Source: an uncultured Coriobacteriia bacterium
Lineage (GTDB): Bacteria > Actinomycetota > Coriobacteriia > Anaerosomatales > PALSA-660
Length of the DNA stretch: 64,000 nucleotides
Direction of reading: 5' to 3'
NCBI GenBank assembly: GCA_963726435.1
Contig: CAVSCJ010000007.1
Span: forward strand, 129,021 to 193,020
Shown piece by piece: positions 49,450 through 57,168 of the stretch (within the stretch, counting starts at the first letter, position 1; each line of letters starts with the position of its first letter). The notes under the pieces were generated by a model. That model saw nothing but the letters and a program-made list of their open reading frames with translations. It had not been told where the DNA came from and searched no databases. A program made the translations under genes and the position numbers.

Positions 49450-50715
49450 ATGAGGACGGCTAAGGCGGCACTGGCCATTCCAGCGGACCCAACTGTGTCG
49501 CCGGGTCCTGGGCGCCTCGTGTTCATAGACAACCTTCGCTACCTCATGGTGGTGTTGGTCGTCGTGTTCCACTCCGTGGCAGCGTACGCCGTCATCGCGT
49601 CGCATTGGCCGGTCCACGACACCACGGCCATCGCCGCGACCGTCATCCGCGAGTTCCTCGACGTGTTCTTGATGCCCGTGATGTTCTTCGCTGCCGGCTA
49701 CTTCGCGCTGCCCTCACTTCTCAAGCACGGTCAGCTGGAGTTCCTCAAGGACAAGGTGCGTCGGCTGCTCGTCCCATGGGCGCTCGCGGTCTTCGTCGTC
49801 CTGCCTCTCGTGCTCTACGGCAACCAGACAGCGACGGTCATTCGGCCTTTCCGGCGGTACTGGCTTACGTACGTGGCCAGCTTCCAGACGCGTCTCCGCC
49901 CCTCTGCGGTAACGGTGGGAATCACGACCCAGGCGGTCTACTGGTTCATCTCGCTGCTGTTCGCGTTCTTCGCCGGATTCGCGCTGATTCAGCTGATGAG
50001 AAGCCGGATGCGCGGCGGCGACACGGTTACCGATCACAGGCCGAATCCGGTTTGCTCCGTGTTCGGGGCGCTGGTCACCTTCGGGTTGGTGACCTCGGCC
50101 GCCTACTTCGCGCTCCTGCTCGTGGTCCCCGATTCGAGCTGGTTCACGCTCTCCGCGTTCCTCGAGTTCCAGGTGACGAGGCTGGTGCCTTTCGTCGGCT
50201 GTTTCGCGCTCGGCGTTTGGGCGCAATCGCACCGCTGGTTCGCCTATCGAAAACCGCTGGGTTCTCTCGCCGTCTGGGGCGCGGTCAGCGTGGTGCTCTC
50301 CGCGGCGTATCTCTGGTTCGGCCAGCCCATGTTCGCCGACGTGTCGGGGACCGCTCACTTCTCGGTCGGCTACCTGCTGGGCTTCGCCTTCCTGCGGTCG
50401 TTCCTGGTGTTGTCGCTGCTCGTCTTCCTCGTCTCGTTCGGCGTGGGCAACTGGGATCAGGCGAGCCGTGTCGACCGACAACTAGCGTCGTCGTCGTACG
50501 ACGTCTACTTGGTCCACTTCCTCATCGTGGTAGCGCTCCAGGAGGCGCTTGTGGAGTGGGTGGGCGGCCCGGTTGCGGCGAAGGCCGCGATCGTGTTCGT
50601 TGCCTCGCTCGGGCTTAGCGTCGCGATCAGCCGATGGATCCTTGCGCGGCACTCCCGCGCCTTCGCGGTCGCGATCCTGGCGCTGTTCGCGTTCTGCCTC
50701 GTTGTTCGTCCTTAG
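49450..50715 (+). CDS. Acyltransferase family 3 (OafA-like) membrane protein (cassette)
   Basis: FIDNLRYLMVVLVVVFHS. About 10 TM segments. Confidence 0.75.
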   Translation: MRTAKAALAIPADPTVSPGPGRLVFIDNLRYLMVVLVVVFHSVAAYAVIASHWPVHDTTAIAATVIREFLDVFLMPVMFFAAGYFALPSLLKHGQLEFLKDKVRRLLVPWALAVFVVLPLVLYGNQTATVIRPFRRYWLTYVASFQTRLRPSAVTVGITTQAVYWFISLLFAFFAGFALIQLMRSRMRGGDTVTDHRPNPVCSVFGALVTFGLVTSAAYFALLLVVPDSSWFTLSAFLEFQVTRLVPFVGCFALGVWAQSHRWFAYRKPLGSLAVWGAVSVVLSAAYLWFGQPMFADVSGTAHFSVGYLLGFAFLRSFLVLSLLVFLVSFGVGNWDQASRVDRQLASSSYDVYLVHFLIVVALQEALVEWVGGPVAAKAAIVFVASLGLSVAISRWILARHSRAFAVAILALFAFCLVVRP

Positions 50716-50730
50716 GGTGGAAGCCGCGCT

Positions 50731-50817
50731 GCCCAACAAGCGCTTCCATCTGACGGCCAGAAGCGCTAGCTTCGAAGTGAGGCGCAAGGCCGCAGCTGAA
50801 GCGCAACCACGTTAGGC
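50731..50817 (+). repeat. attC site
   Basis: GCCCAAC...GCGCTTCCATCTGACGGCC / GGCCGCAGCTGAAGCGC...GTTAGGC. Confidence 0.85.
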
Positions 50818-50831
50818 CGACTGACATAGAG

Positions 50832-51377
50832 GTGAGCACGGGCATGCTGCGCGTCTCCCCACCTGATAAGGCGTACTCGGAAGCGTTCATTCGGATGTTG
50901 GATGACTACGCCGCGAATGATCCCGCGCCCGGGGAGCAATTCTCGGCTGGACGGCTCGACTTCGGAGCGTACGTCGCGAAGTTGCGCGACGAGGAGCGCG
51001 GCGTTGGGCTGCCGGACGGCTACGTGCCCTGCTCTCACCGTTGGCTGATCGACCGCGGGGAGATTGCGGGCGTCGTGCGCGTTCGGCACAGCATCGCTCA
51101 CCCGCTACTGTCGCAAGAGGGCGGTCACATCGGATACGACATTCCGCCGTCGTGCAGGCGTCGCGGCAACGGGTTGGCCGCCCTCGTCGTCGGGCTGGAC
51201 CATGCGAGTGAGCTTCGGCTTACCCGCGTACTACTGTGTGCGGCCGCGAGCAACACGCCGTCGCGCGCAATCATCGAAAGGTGTGGCGGGCGGCTCGAGA
51301 GCGAGCACTACTCGAGACGCCTCGGGTGCGCAGTCTGCCGATACTGGATCGACGTACCGCAATCCCCAGCGGCCTAA
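50832..51377 (+). CDS. GNAT-like acetyltransferase (cassette), paralogue of 48779..49330
   Basis: GGHIGYDIPPSCRRRGNG. Collinear similarity to the 48779 product. The TAA stop lies inside R''. Confidence 0.7.
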   Translation: MSTGMLRVSPPDKAYSEAFIRMLDDYAANDPAPGEQFSAGRLDFGAYVAKLRDEERGVGLPDGYVPCSHRWLIDRGEIAGVVRVRHSIAHPLLSQEGGHIGYDIPPSCRRRGNGLAALVVGLDHASELRLTRVLLCAAASNTPSRAIIERCGGRLESEHYSRRLGCAVCRYWIDVPQSPAA

Positions 51378-51433
51378 CAAGCGCATCATTAGTGTCACTC
51401 TGCCCCCGTCGGGATGCCTGACGTTCGTCAGGT
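51372..51433 (+). repeat. attC site, either left portion or a complete 62-bp site; its relation to the IS is ambiguous
   Basis: R'' GCCTAAC (51372-78; CGGCCTAAC is a 9/9 complement of the cassette start GTTAGGCCG at 50811). L'' AAGCGCATC ... GATGC. GTCAGGT at 51427-33. Confidence 0.6.
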
Positions 51434-52737
51434 AGCCTCGGTCTCGACGGCGGGGTGACCCGAATCGGATCTGTCGCCTTCATGGCTGACTTTCAGGTGT
51501 TATGTCCCCTGCCGCCGGGAACCGAGGGGTCGTCGTCGTGACCTGATAGGAGCCTGGCCTAGAGGCCCCAGCTAAGGCGTGTCCGCCGACGATCCCCGAG
51601 CTCGGATGCCTCCGACGGAAGGGGACGGTCATGATCGTAGTCGGGATAGACCCGCACATGAAGACCCACACGGCGGTCGCCGTCGATGCGGTTACGGGCG
51701 TGAGCATCGCCGAGAGGACCGTCACCTGTGACGGTACCGGGCACGACGAGCTGCTCGCCTGGGCGAGGGGTCTGGATGCGGATCGCCGCTTCGCTATCGA
51801 GGACTGCCGACACGTTTCGGGAAGGCTCGAGCGCCACCTGCTCCCAAGGGGAGAGCGGGTGGTGCGTGTGCCGCCCAAGATGATGGCAGGGGCGCGTTCC
51901 TCAGCACGCACCTACGGCAAGTCGGACCCGATCGACGCGGCGTGCGTGGCTCGCGCCGCGCTGCGTGAGCCCGATCTGCCAGAAGCTGTGCTGACGGGTC
52001 CCGAACACGACGTGCGCCTGCTCTCCGACCACCGCGACGACCTCGTTGACGAGCGCAAACGCATCCAGAAGCGCCTGAGGTGGAACTGCCACGACCTCGA
52101 GGTGGGACTCGAGCTGCCGCCGAGGGTGCTGGACCGCTACGTGTGGCTGGACCGGCTGGAGGCGGCGCTGCGCGCATTGCCGCAGACCATGCGCCGGCGT
52201 GTCGCGCTCGACCAGCTCTCGCGCTGTCGCGAACTCACGAGAGAGATCCGCTCGCTCGAACGCGAGATCCGCGGGCTCATGCGTGACCTCGCACCCGACC
52301 TGCTCGCCATCCCGGGCTGCTCGGCCCTTTGCGCCGCCCAGCTCGTCGGGCAGACCGCGGGGGCCTCGCGCTTCAGAAGCGAGTCCGCCTTCGCGATGCA
52401 CACGGGATGCGCACCGCTGCCGGTGTCCTCGGGCAAGTCGACGCGCCACCGCCTCAATCGATGCGGAAACCGACGCCTCAACTCCACGATCCACATGATC
52501 GCGGTAACCCAGGCCAGGATGCACCCGCCTGCGATCGCCTACATGGAGCGCAAACAGGCCGAGGGGATGAGCTACCGAGAGGCACTGCGCTGCCTCAAGC
52601 GACACATCGCCCGGGTGGTCTTCAAGACGATGCAGCGAGCGGAGCACCTGCAGGCGGGGGAGGTCGATATCGGCAACCTTCCGCCCAAGTTCTATCGCCG
52701 TTGCCGTGTAGGATTGACATAGGAGCAACACCTGACG
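51417..52737 (+). mobile_element. IS110-family insertion sequence (ends approximate)
   Basis: The DEDD/Transposase_20 gene is flanked by the 7-nt direct repeat CCTGACG (51417-23 and 52731-37). The left end has about 208 nt of non-coding sequence and the right end about 10-15 nt. TCAGGTGTT (about 51492) and AACACCTGA (52727-35) form an inverted pair. Confidence 0.7.
51631..52722 (+). CDS. IS110-family (DEDD) transposase/recombinase
   Basis: MIVVGIDPHMKTHTAVAVD. C-terminal LLAIPGCSALCAAQLVGQTAGASRFRSESAFAMHTGCAPLPVSSGKSTRHRLNRCGNRRLN. Confidence 0.9.
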   Translation: MIVVGIDPHMKTHTAVAVDAVTGVSIAERTVTCDGTGHDELLAWARGLDADRRFAIEDCRHVSGRLERHLLPRGERVVRVPPKMMAGARSSARTYGKSDPIDAACVARAALREPDLPEAVLTGPEHDVRLLSDHRDDLVDERKRIQKRLRWNCHDLEVGLELPPRVLDRYVWLDRLEAALRALPQTMRRRVALDQLSRCRELTREIRSLEREIRGLMRDLAPDLLAIPGCSALCAAQLVGQTAGASRFRSESAFAMHTGCAPLPVSSGKSTRHRLNRCGNRRLNSTIHMIAVTQARMHPPAIAYMERKQAEGMSYREALRCLKRHIARVVFKTMQRAEHLQAGEVDIGNLPPKFYRRCRVGLT

Positions 52738-52772
52738 CGCTTCGCTCGCAGGTTATCCGTAAGCCGTTAGCC
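52738..52772 (+). repeat. attC right portion with R' GTTAGCC
   Basis: GCGCTT (complement of AAGCGC at 51379-84) ... GTTAGCC (52766-72). GTTAGCCAG is a 9/9 complement of CTGGCTAAC at 54182-90. Confidence 0.55.
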
Positions 52773-52785
52773 AGAGGGGGGACGC

Positions 52786-53508
52786 ATGGGGATTCTCTAC
52801 CCTGCGATGAAACGTTGTCCGGAATGCGGGCAAATTGCCGTAGCACCGGATTACTTCCACGATGGTGACTACTGCTTCCCAAGTCACGGTGGTTGCGGCC
52901 ACCATTTCCCCAATTTGACCATCACAGCAGACGGCCTCACGAAGGGGATGGCACTTGACCCCTACAAACACCCCGGCTCCGGCTATTCCTTCTTTGGCGG
53001 GTTGGTTCACGAGCTCAAGTACTACACCACTCTGTCCAACGCACAGAAACGCGCCCTAGTCCATAAGGCCGTTGTCGAGATCGGGAGACGGGGGGCCGTC
53101 GAGACCCTGGTCGGGAACGCCAGGAACTTGCTAGTTGTTCCAGCACCATCTTCTAAGCACAGGACTGTTCAGCACGTGTATGAGATAGCCAGGGGCGTAG
53201 CTGGCTCGCGGTATCAGTACCTTGAGGCTCTAGTGAAGTCCACGAGTACTGAGTCAAAGACCATGACGCACGGCGGCAAGTACCAGAGAGGGGACTTCCG
53301 CTGCAACTACCTCTTGAATGGTTACTCAGTTCTCATTGTTGATGATACGTATGGAGAAGGCGCAACTCTGGAGGCTTGCATAGACGTGCTGCGCACATCA
53401 AAGGCCGACGACGTCTACTTCCTGTCACTCTGCAAAAACATGGGCGGCGGTATCAAACAGTCGGACGCGAACCCAGGCATCATCTTCGATGACGATGTCC
53501 CGTTCTGA
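52786..53508 (+). CDS. ComF-like phosphoribosyltransferase-domain protein with an N-terminal zinc ribbon (cassette)
   Basis: CPECG...C..SHGGCGHH. VVPAPSSKHR. PRT loop VLIVDDTYGEGATL. RBS AGAGGGGGG. Spot count 53 G+C in the first 100 nt. Confidence 0.7.
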   Translation: MGILYPAMKRCPECGQIAVAPDYFHDGDYCFPSHGGCGHHFPNLTITADGLTKGMALDPYKHPGSGYSFFGGLVHELKYYTTLSNAQKRALVHKAVVEIGRRGAVETLVGNARNLLVVPAPSSKHRTVQHVYEIARGVAGSRYQYLEALVKSTSTESKTMTHGGKYQRGDFRCNYLLNGYSVLIVDDTYGEGATLEACIDVLRTSKADDVYFLSLCKNMGGGIKQSDANPGIIFDDDVPF

Positions 53509-53538
53509 TTCGTCACGGCTCTAGTAGCGGGAGCAACA

Positions 53539-54171
53539 ATGGCTGTTGTGTTCATCAGCGGGTCAAGAACGATTCCGTACCTGCCAGCAGAGGTCCAGGC
53601 AAGAGTCGACAACATGATCGACAACGGGCTGCACATCGTTGTCGGAGACTCAGAGCGAGGCGTGGACAATCTGATCGTGTCGTACCTCTACGATCGCGGC
53701 TACATCAACGTCTCCATCTACTCGGTCCACTCCAAGAGCAGAATTGGGCGGCTGCTGCCGGATTGGTCATTCCAGCGGATTGCTCCCGACATCCTCGCTC
53801 GACAGGACAAGAACGGGAACACCACGAATCGTCGCGAGCTCGAAACGTACAAAGACAGGGCCATGTGCGATGTGTGCAACTTCGCTCTCGTGATATGGCA
53901 GGACACCTACACGAACCCTAGATTCGGGCAGACATCGGTCAGCGCAGGCAGTCTCAGGAATGCAGTCCAGCTCTTGCTCGCCGGGAAGCCTGTCACCATG
54001 TACCACAGGAGCGAAGGCGACATGCTTGAGGAGGACTTCACACATCGCGAATTCAGATCGATCTCCGCATTGGAGGAGTTCGTGAAGAGTCTGGACGGCA
54101 TCGTGCAGGCGAGGTTCTCGAAGATGCTGAAGGACGAGTCGAAAATGGAGCAGCAGCATTTGGACCTCTGA
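53539..54171 (+). CDS. SLOG/DUF2493-like (DprA/LOG-type Rossmann) protein with a helical C-terminal extension (cassette)
   Basis: VVFISGSR...HIVVGDSERGVDNL...NFALVIWQD...SAGSLRNAVQLLLAGKPVTMY matches the 'GSR / GGA.GAD / WDG.S.GT / gKpV' pattern of that fold. Assigned by motif only. Confidence 0.5.
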   Translation: MAVVFISGSRTIPYLPAEVQARVDNMIDNGLHIVVGDSERGVDNLIVSYLYDRGYINVSIYSVHSKSRIGRLLPDWSFQRIAPDILARQDKNGNTTNRRELETYKDRAMCDVCNFALVIWQDTYTNPRFGQTSVSAGSLRNAVQLLLAGKPVTMYHRSEGDMLEEDFTHREFRSISALEEFVKSLDGIVQARFSKMLKDESKMEQQHLDL

Positions 54172-54183
54172 TGTTGGGGCCCT

Positions 54184-54243
54184 GGCTAACAATGAGATCG
54201 AGCGGCCTCACTGCGTTCGCCGCTCATCTCAAACACGTTAGGT
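54184..54243 (+). repeat. attC site (60-bp class)
   Basis: GGCTAAC...GAGATCGAGCGGC / GCCGCTCATCTC...GTTAGGT. Same class as 56484-56543. Confidence 0.88.
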
Positions 54244-54317
54244 GCGACGTTCGCCCTGGCGTACACGAGGCTTGTGACAGGGTAGTATCCTTGTCGCAGC
54301 CCAGATGGAGGGAATGC

Positions 54318-54530
54318 ATGTCGGTTTCACTGCTGATTGAACTGGAGCAGGAGAATGACGGCCGCTGGATTGCGGAGGTCGCCGATCTTCCTGGCGTCTT
54401 GGCATACGGCTCGACTCACGACGAAGCCATCGCACACGTTCAGGCACTCGCCCTCAGAGTGATCGCTGACCGCCTTGAGAACGAAGAGGCCGGGCGCGAG
54501 TATCTCAGCATCTCCTTCAACGCCGCGTGA
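54318..54530 (+). CDS. hicB: HicB-family antitoxin (cassette)
   Basis: LIELEQENDGRWIAEVADLPGVLAYGSTHDEAIAHVQAL. Confidence 0.85.
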   Translation: MSVSLLIELEQENDGRWIAEVADLPGVLAYGSTHDEAIAHVQALALRVIADRLENEEAGREYLSISFNAA

Positions 54531-54739
54531 GTGACTGGCCAAGCAGCAGCGCGAAGAAGGTTCTCGCCGCACTGCTCCGAATCGGATGGACGGTCAAACG
54601 CCAGACAGGTTCCCATCGCGTCCTTAGCCGCCCCGGTTGGTCCGACTTTGTCTTCGCATTCCACGATCGGGAACCGATCGGCCCGCGGATGCTCGCCCGA
54701 ATCGCAAAACACACTGGCCTCACACCAGACGACTTGTAG
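54527..54739 (+). CDS. hicA: HicA-family mRNA interferase toxin (cassette)
   Basis: AKKVLAALLRIGWTVKRQTGSHRVLSRPG. GTG overlaps the hicB stop. Confidence 0.85.
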   Translation: MSDWPSSSAKKVLAALLRIGWTVKRQTGSHRVLSRPGWSDFVFAFHDREPIGPRMLARIAKHTGLTPDDL

Positions 54740-54753
54740 CAGGCCTTGCGCGC

Positions 54754-54854
54754 ACCTAACCAGCGCGTCAAGTCGGACGGCGCGCCCTGGGAGCTAGAAT
54801 CGAAGGGCCGGGCGGCGAAAAGCGCGCCGCCGCTTACGCGCAACACCGTTAGCC
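54754..54854 (+). repeat. attC site (about 100-bp class)
   Basis: ACCTAAC...GCGCGTCAAGTCGGACGGCGCGCC / GGCGCGCCGCCGCTTACGCGC...GTTAGCC, with three bulged bases. CGCACCTAAC is a 10/10 complement of the cassette start at 54237. Confidence 0.9.
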
Positions 54855-54888
54855 AGACAGGGGACTGCGAGCGAGGGAGGAGAACGAA

Positions 54889-55281
54889 GTGTCACTGCAA
54901 TCATGTCGTGAATGCGGGAAGGACGTTTCCACGGAGGCGGCAGCGTGTCCGTACTGCGGGGCTGCAGCACCGACGCGGGAGAAGTCCGGCGACTGGGTAC
55001 CATGTCCCAACTGCGGCAGCTCGAATACACGCAGGATCGGGCCCGGCATCATGGGTTTCGCGTCGCTGGTGATGGGCAGTTGTCTGCTGTGGATTCCCGT
55101 CGTGGGTTGGGTCCTCGGACCAATCATGATTCTGGTGGCCGTAGCGTTCTGGGTTTCCGCTCTGATTCCGCGAGGCAAGATCTCGTTCCAATGCCAATCG
55201 TGCAAGAAGTGGTTCACTGTGCCCAAAGCTGACTTGATCAAGCCCTCGCAGGAAGCCTCCGCGATTGACGCGGGGGACTGA
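54889..55281 (+). CDS. Triple zinc-ribbon membrane protein (cassette)
   Basis: CRECG..(11)..CPYCG, CPNCGS, two TM segments, CQSCKKWF. RBS GGGAGGAG. GTG start. Confidence 0.6.
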   Translation: MSLQSCRECGKDVSTEAAACPYCGAAAPTREKSGDWVPCPNCGSSNTRRIGPGIMGFASLVMGSCLLWIPVVGWVLGPIMILVAVAFWVSALIPRGKISFQCQSCKKWFTVPKADLIKPSQEASAIDAGD

Positions 55282-55388
55282 CGGACGTCTCATCTCTCGC
55301 GCTGCCAAGCGGTGCCCCGGGCTCCCCGGCCGCTTAGCGAGACGATATGGGAACGCCAGATTGGGCGAACATCGGCTCAGCCGCTGCT

Positions 55389-55489
55389 GGCTAACAACGG
55401 CGTCAAGTCGGACGGCGCGCCCTGAGAGCTAGAATCGAAGGGCCGGGCGGCGAAAGGCGCGCCGCCGCTTACGCCGAACACCGTTAGCA
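55389..55489 (+). repeat. attC site (about 100-bp class)
   Basis: GGCTAAC...GTCAAGTCGGACGGCGCGCC...GGCGCGCCGCCGCTTACGCC...GTTAGCA. Near-identical to 54754-54854. Confidence 0.9.
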
Positions 55490-55611
55490 CCACCCTCGCA
55501 ATTCCGGCTCGCTCGCATGTGGGGTGCTGACCTCGCGATTCAGGCTCGGCGACTCATGTGCTTCATGTATCATTCGCGTGGCCGCAAGTGACCTGCTACG
55601 GAAGGACTTCG

Positions 55612-55821
55612 ATGAACACGGCAAACCCCAACGGACGCGAGCTTTGGCAAATGATGCTCGAGACCGATCCCGGCCTCACCGATGGTGATTCGCGCACGTA
55701 CTGGAAGATGAACGCGGCGATCCAGGCGGTCGCAAGCAGCATCGACGCGTCGTCGGACGCGGTGCGCGAGGTCCTCGGCAACTACGATCCAGCAACCGAT
55801 GAACTGGATCCTGGTGAGTAG
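55612..55821 (+). CDS. Small acidic hypothetical protein (cassette)
   Basis: RBS GGAAGGA then ATG 55612. 69 aa. Confidence 0.45.
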   Translation: MNTANPNGRELWQMMLETDPGLTDGDSRTYWKMNAAIQAVASSIDASSDAVREVLGNYDPATDELDPGE

Positions 55822-55906
55822 ACTGCGCGAACGCGTACGGCCGGTTCTTGGCAGTCCGTGCCCGGCCATCAGCGGAAATGCCATCTGCGCCTGAGGAGCG
55901 GACAAA

Positions 55907-56476
55907 TTGATCCTACGAACCCTGCTCATCGCCTCTGTGTTGTGCCTCGTTCTCGTGACCGGTTGCGCAGGCAGCAGAAGCCAATCGGCTGAACAACCTG
56001 TCACGAGCCAGGCGGCTCCAGCCGCCGCCGCGCCAGATCCCCTGGCGCCCATTTCTGCCTACATGGCGGACGCAAACAGGCTCATCAAGGAGCAGGAGAA
56101 GGCGATAGGCGATTGCACCCGCCTCTTGCTCAAGTACGAGCAACTCTCTTCCTACGACAAAGAGTCGCTTCACTTCGCGCTGAACGAGGTTGATTCTGCG
56201 ACTTCCTCATACGCGTCTCTGGCGCCTCCATCCTCTCTTGCCAAGGTGCATGGTCTAAACAGGCAGGCGATGGCCCAACTGGGAATCGCCCTGCGAAGTT
56301 ACAACCTCTACTTAGCCAGCAATCGCGTCATGCCTAGCGACATGAAGGCGGCGGAATCCAACTTCGCCGGCGCTGCCCTCTATCGCGACAAGGCGAACGA
56401 GGAGCTGCAGCGCGTCAGCAGCGACCTCGGGATTCAGCTCCGACCTTTCGCGGTGATTGACGTTGGTCAGTTCTAG
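55907..56476 (+). CDS. Lipoprotein, helical (cassette)
   Basis: RBS GAGGAG then TTG 55907. Lipobox LVTGC. Confidence 0.55.
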   Translation: MILRTLLIASVLCLVLVTGCAGSRSQSAEQPVTSQAAPAAAAPDPLAPISAYMADANRLIKEQEKAIGDCTRLLLKYEQLSSYDKESLHFALNEVDSATSSYASLAPPSSLAKVHGLNRQAMAQLGIALRSYNLYLASNRVMPSDMKAAESNFAGAALYRDKANEELQRVSSDLGIQLRPFAVIDVGQF

Positions 56477-56483
56477 AGGGGTG

Positions 56484-56543
56484 TGCTAACCAAGAGATCG
56501 AGCGGACTCACTTCGTTCGCCGCTCATCTCTAAACCGTTAGGT
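56484..56543 (+). repeat. attC site (60-bp class)
   Basis: TGCTAAC...GAGATCGAGCGGA / GCCGCTCATCTC...GTTAGGT. Confidence 0.88.
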
Positions 56544-56709
56544 GAGAGCTTACACGCGGTCTTGCGCGTATCAGGAGATACGCGCCTGAACGGTTCATCG
56601 GCGGTCTGACAACAGGGTGTAGAGGGAAGGGCAGGCCGGTCCTCTCCCGGGGTCCGATCCACTCGATTTCGCGCACCTGAGCAGGGCTGACGCACAGTCC
56701 CGTGGCCTC

Positions 56710-56808
56710 ACCTAACAATCGCGTCAAGTCGGACGGCGCGCCTGAAGTCTAGAATCGAAGAGCCGGGCGGCGAAAGTCGCGCCGCCACTTACGCGAAAGA
56801 CGTTAGGC
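56710..56808 (+). repeat. attC site (about 100-bp class) of an ORF-less cassette
   Basis: ACCTAAC...GTCAAGTCGGACGGCGCGCC...GCGCCGCCACTTACGCG...GTTAGGC. CTCACCTAAC is a 10/10 complement of the cassette start at 56537. Confidence 0.88.
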
Positions 56809-56832
56809 GGAACGCTACCAAGAGGGGGCTAC

Positions 56833-57168
56833 ATGGCAGGACAATTCCTTCCCATCATCAAGGCAGTCGCACCATATCTGACGCAGATTGCCTCCACAGC
56901 GATTCCTGCCTTCACCTCGAAACCCGCAGCAATCGCGAAGGAAGACCCCGTCATCGCCAAGCAGATCGAGGAACTGCAGACAGCCGCGACCCAGAACGCG
57001 GAGTCCGTTCGGGTTCTGGCCGAGAACCTTCAGCAAGCCATACAAGGCATCGAGACAGCAGCACAGGAGGCGAACAGGCGGGCCGCTACCCTCAGAGCGA
57101 TGCTCTTCATCGCACTCGGCCTCTCAGGACTGTCTCTGCTGCTCAGCGTCTATCTGCTCGCCATGTGA
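56833..57168 (+). CDS. Small helical protein with a C-terminal TM anchor (cassette)
   Basis: 111 aa. C-terminal MLFIALGLSGLSLLLSVYLLAM. Confidence 0.5.
   Translation: MAGQFLPIIKAVAPYLTQIASTAIPAFTSKPAAIAKEDPVIAKQIEELQTAATQNAESVRVLAENLQQAIQGIETAAQEANRRAATLRAMLFIALGLSGLSLLLSVYLLAM

Noticed and set aside
51372-51433. Interpreting 51372-51433 as a fully intact 62-bp attC, with the IS carried as its own 'cassette' ending in a 43-bp attC (52730-52772).
   Set aside because: The inner arms pair poorly (only GCATC), and a 43-bp attC would be shorter than known functional sites. The IS-in-attC interpretation with CCTGACG repeats fits better, but the alternative cannot be excluded without related sequences.
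56486-56727. Minus-strand ORFs 56486..56695 and 56530..56727 as the coding content of the short cassette.
   Set aside because: They run antisense to the array, start or end inside attC palindromes, and have Arg/Pro-rich shadow-like composition.
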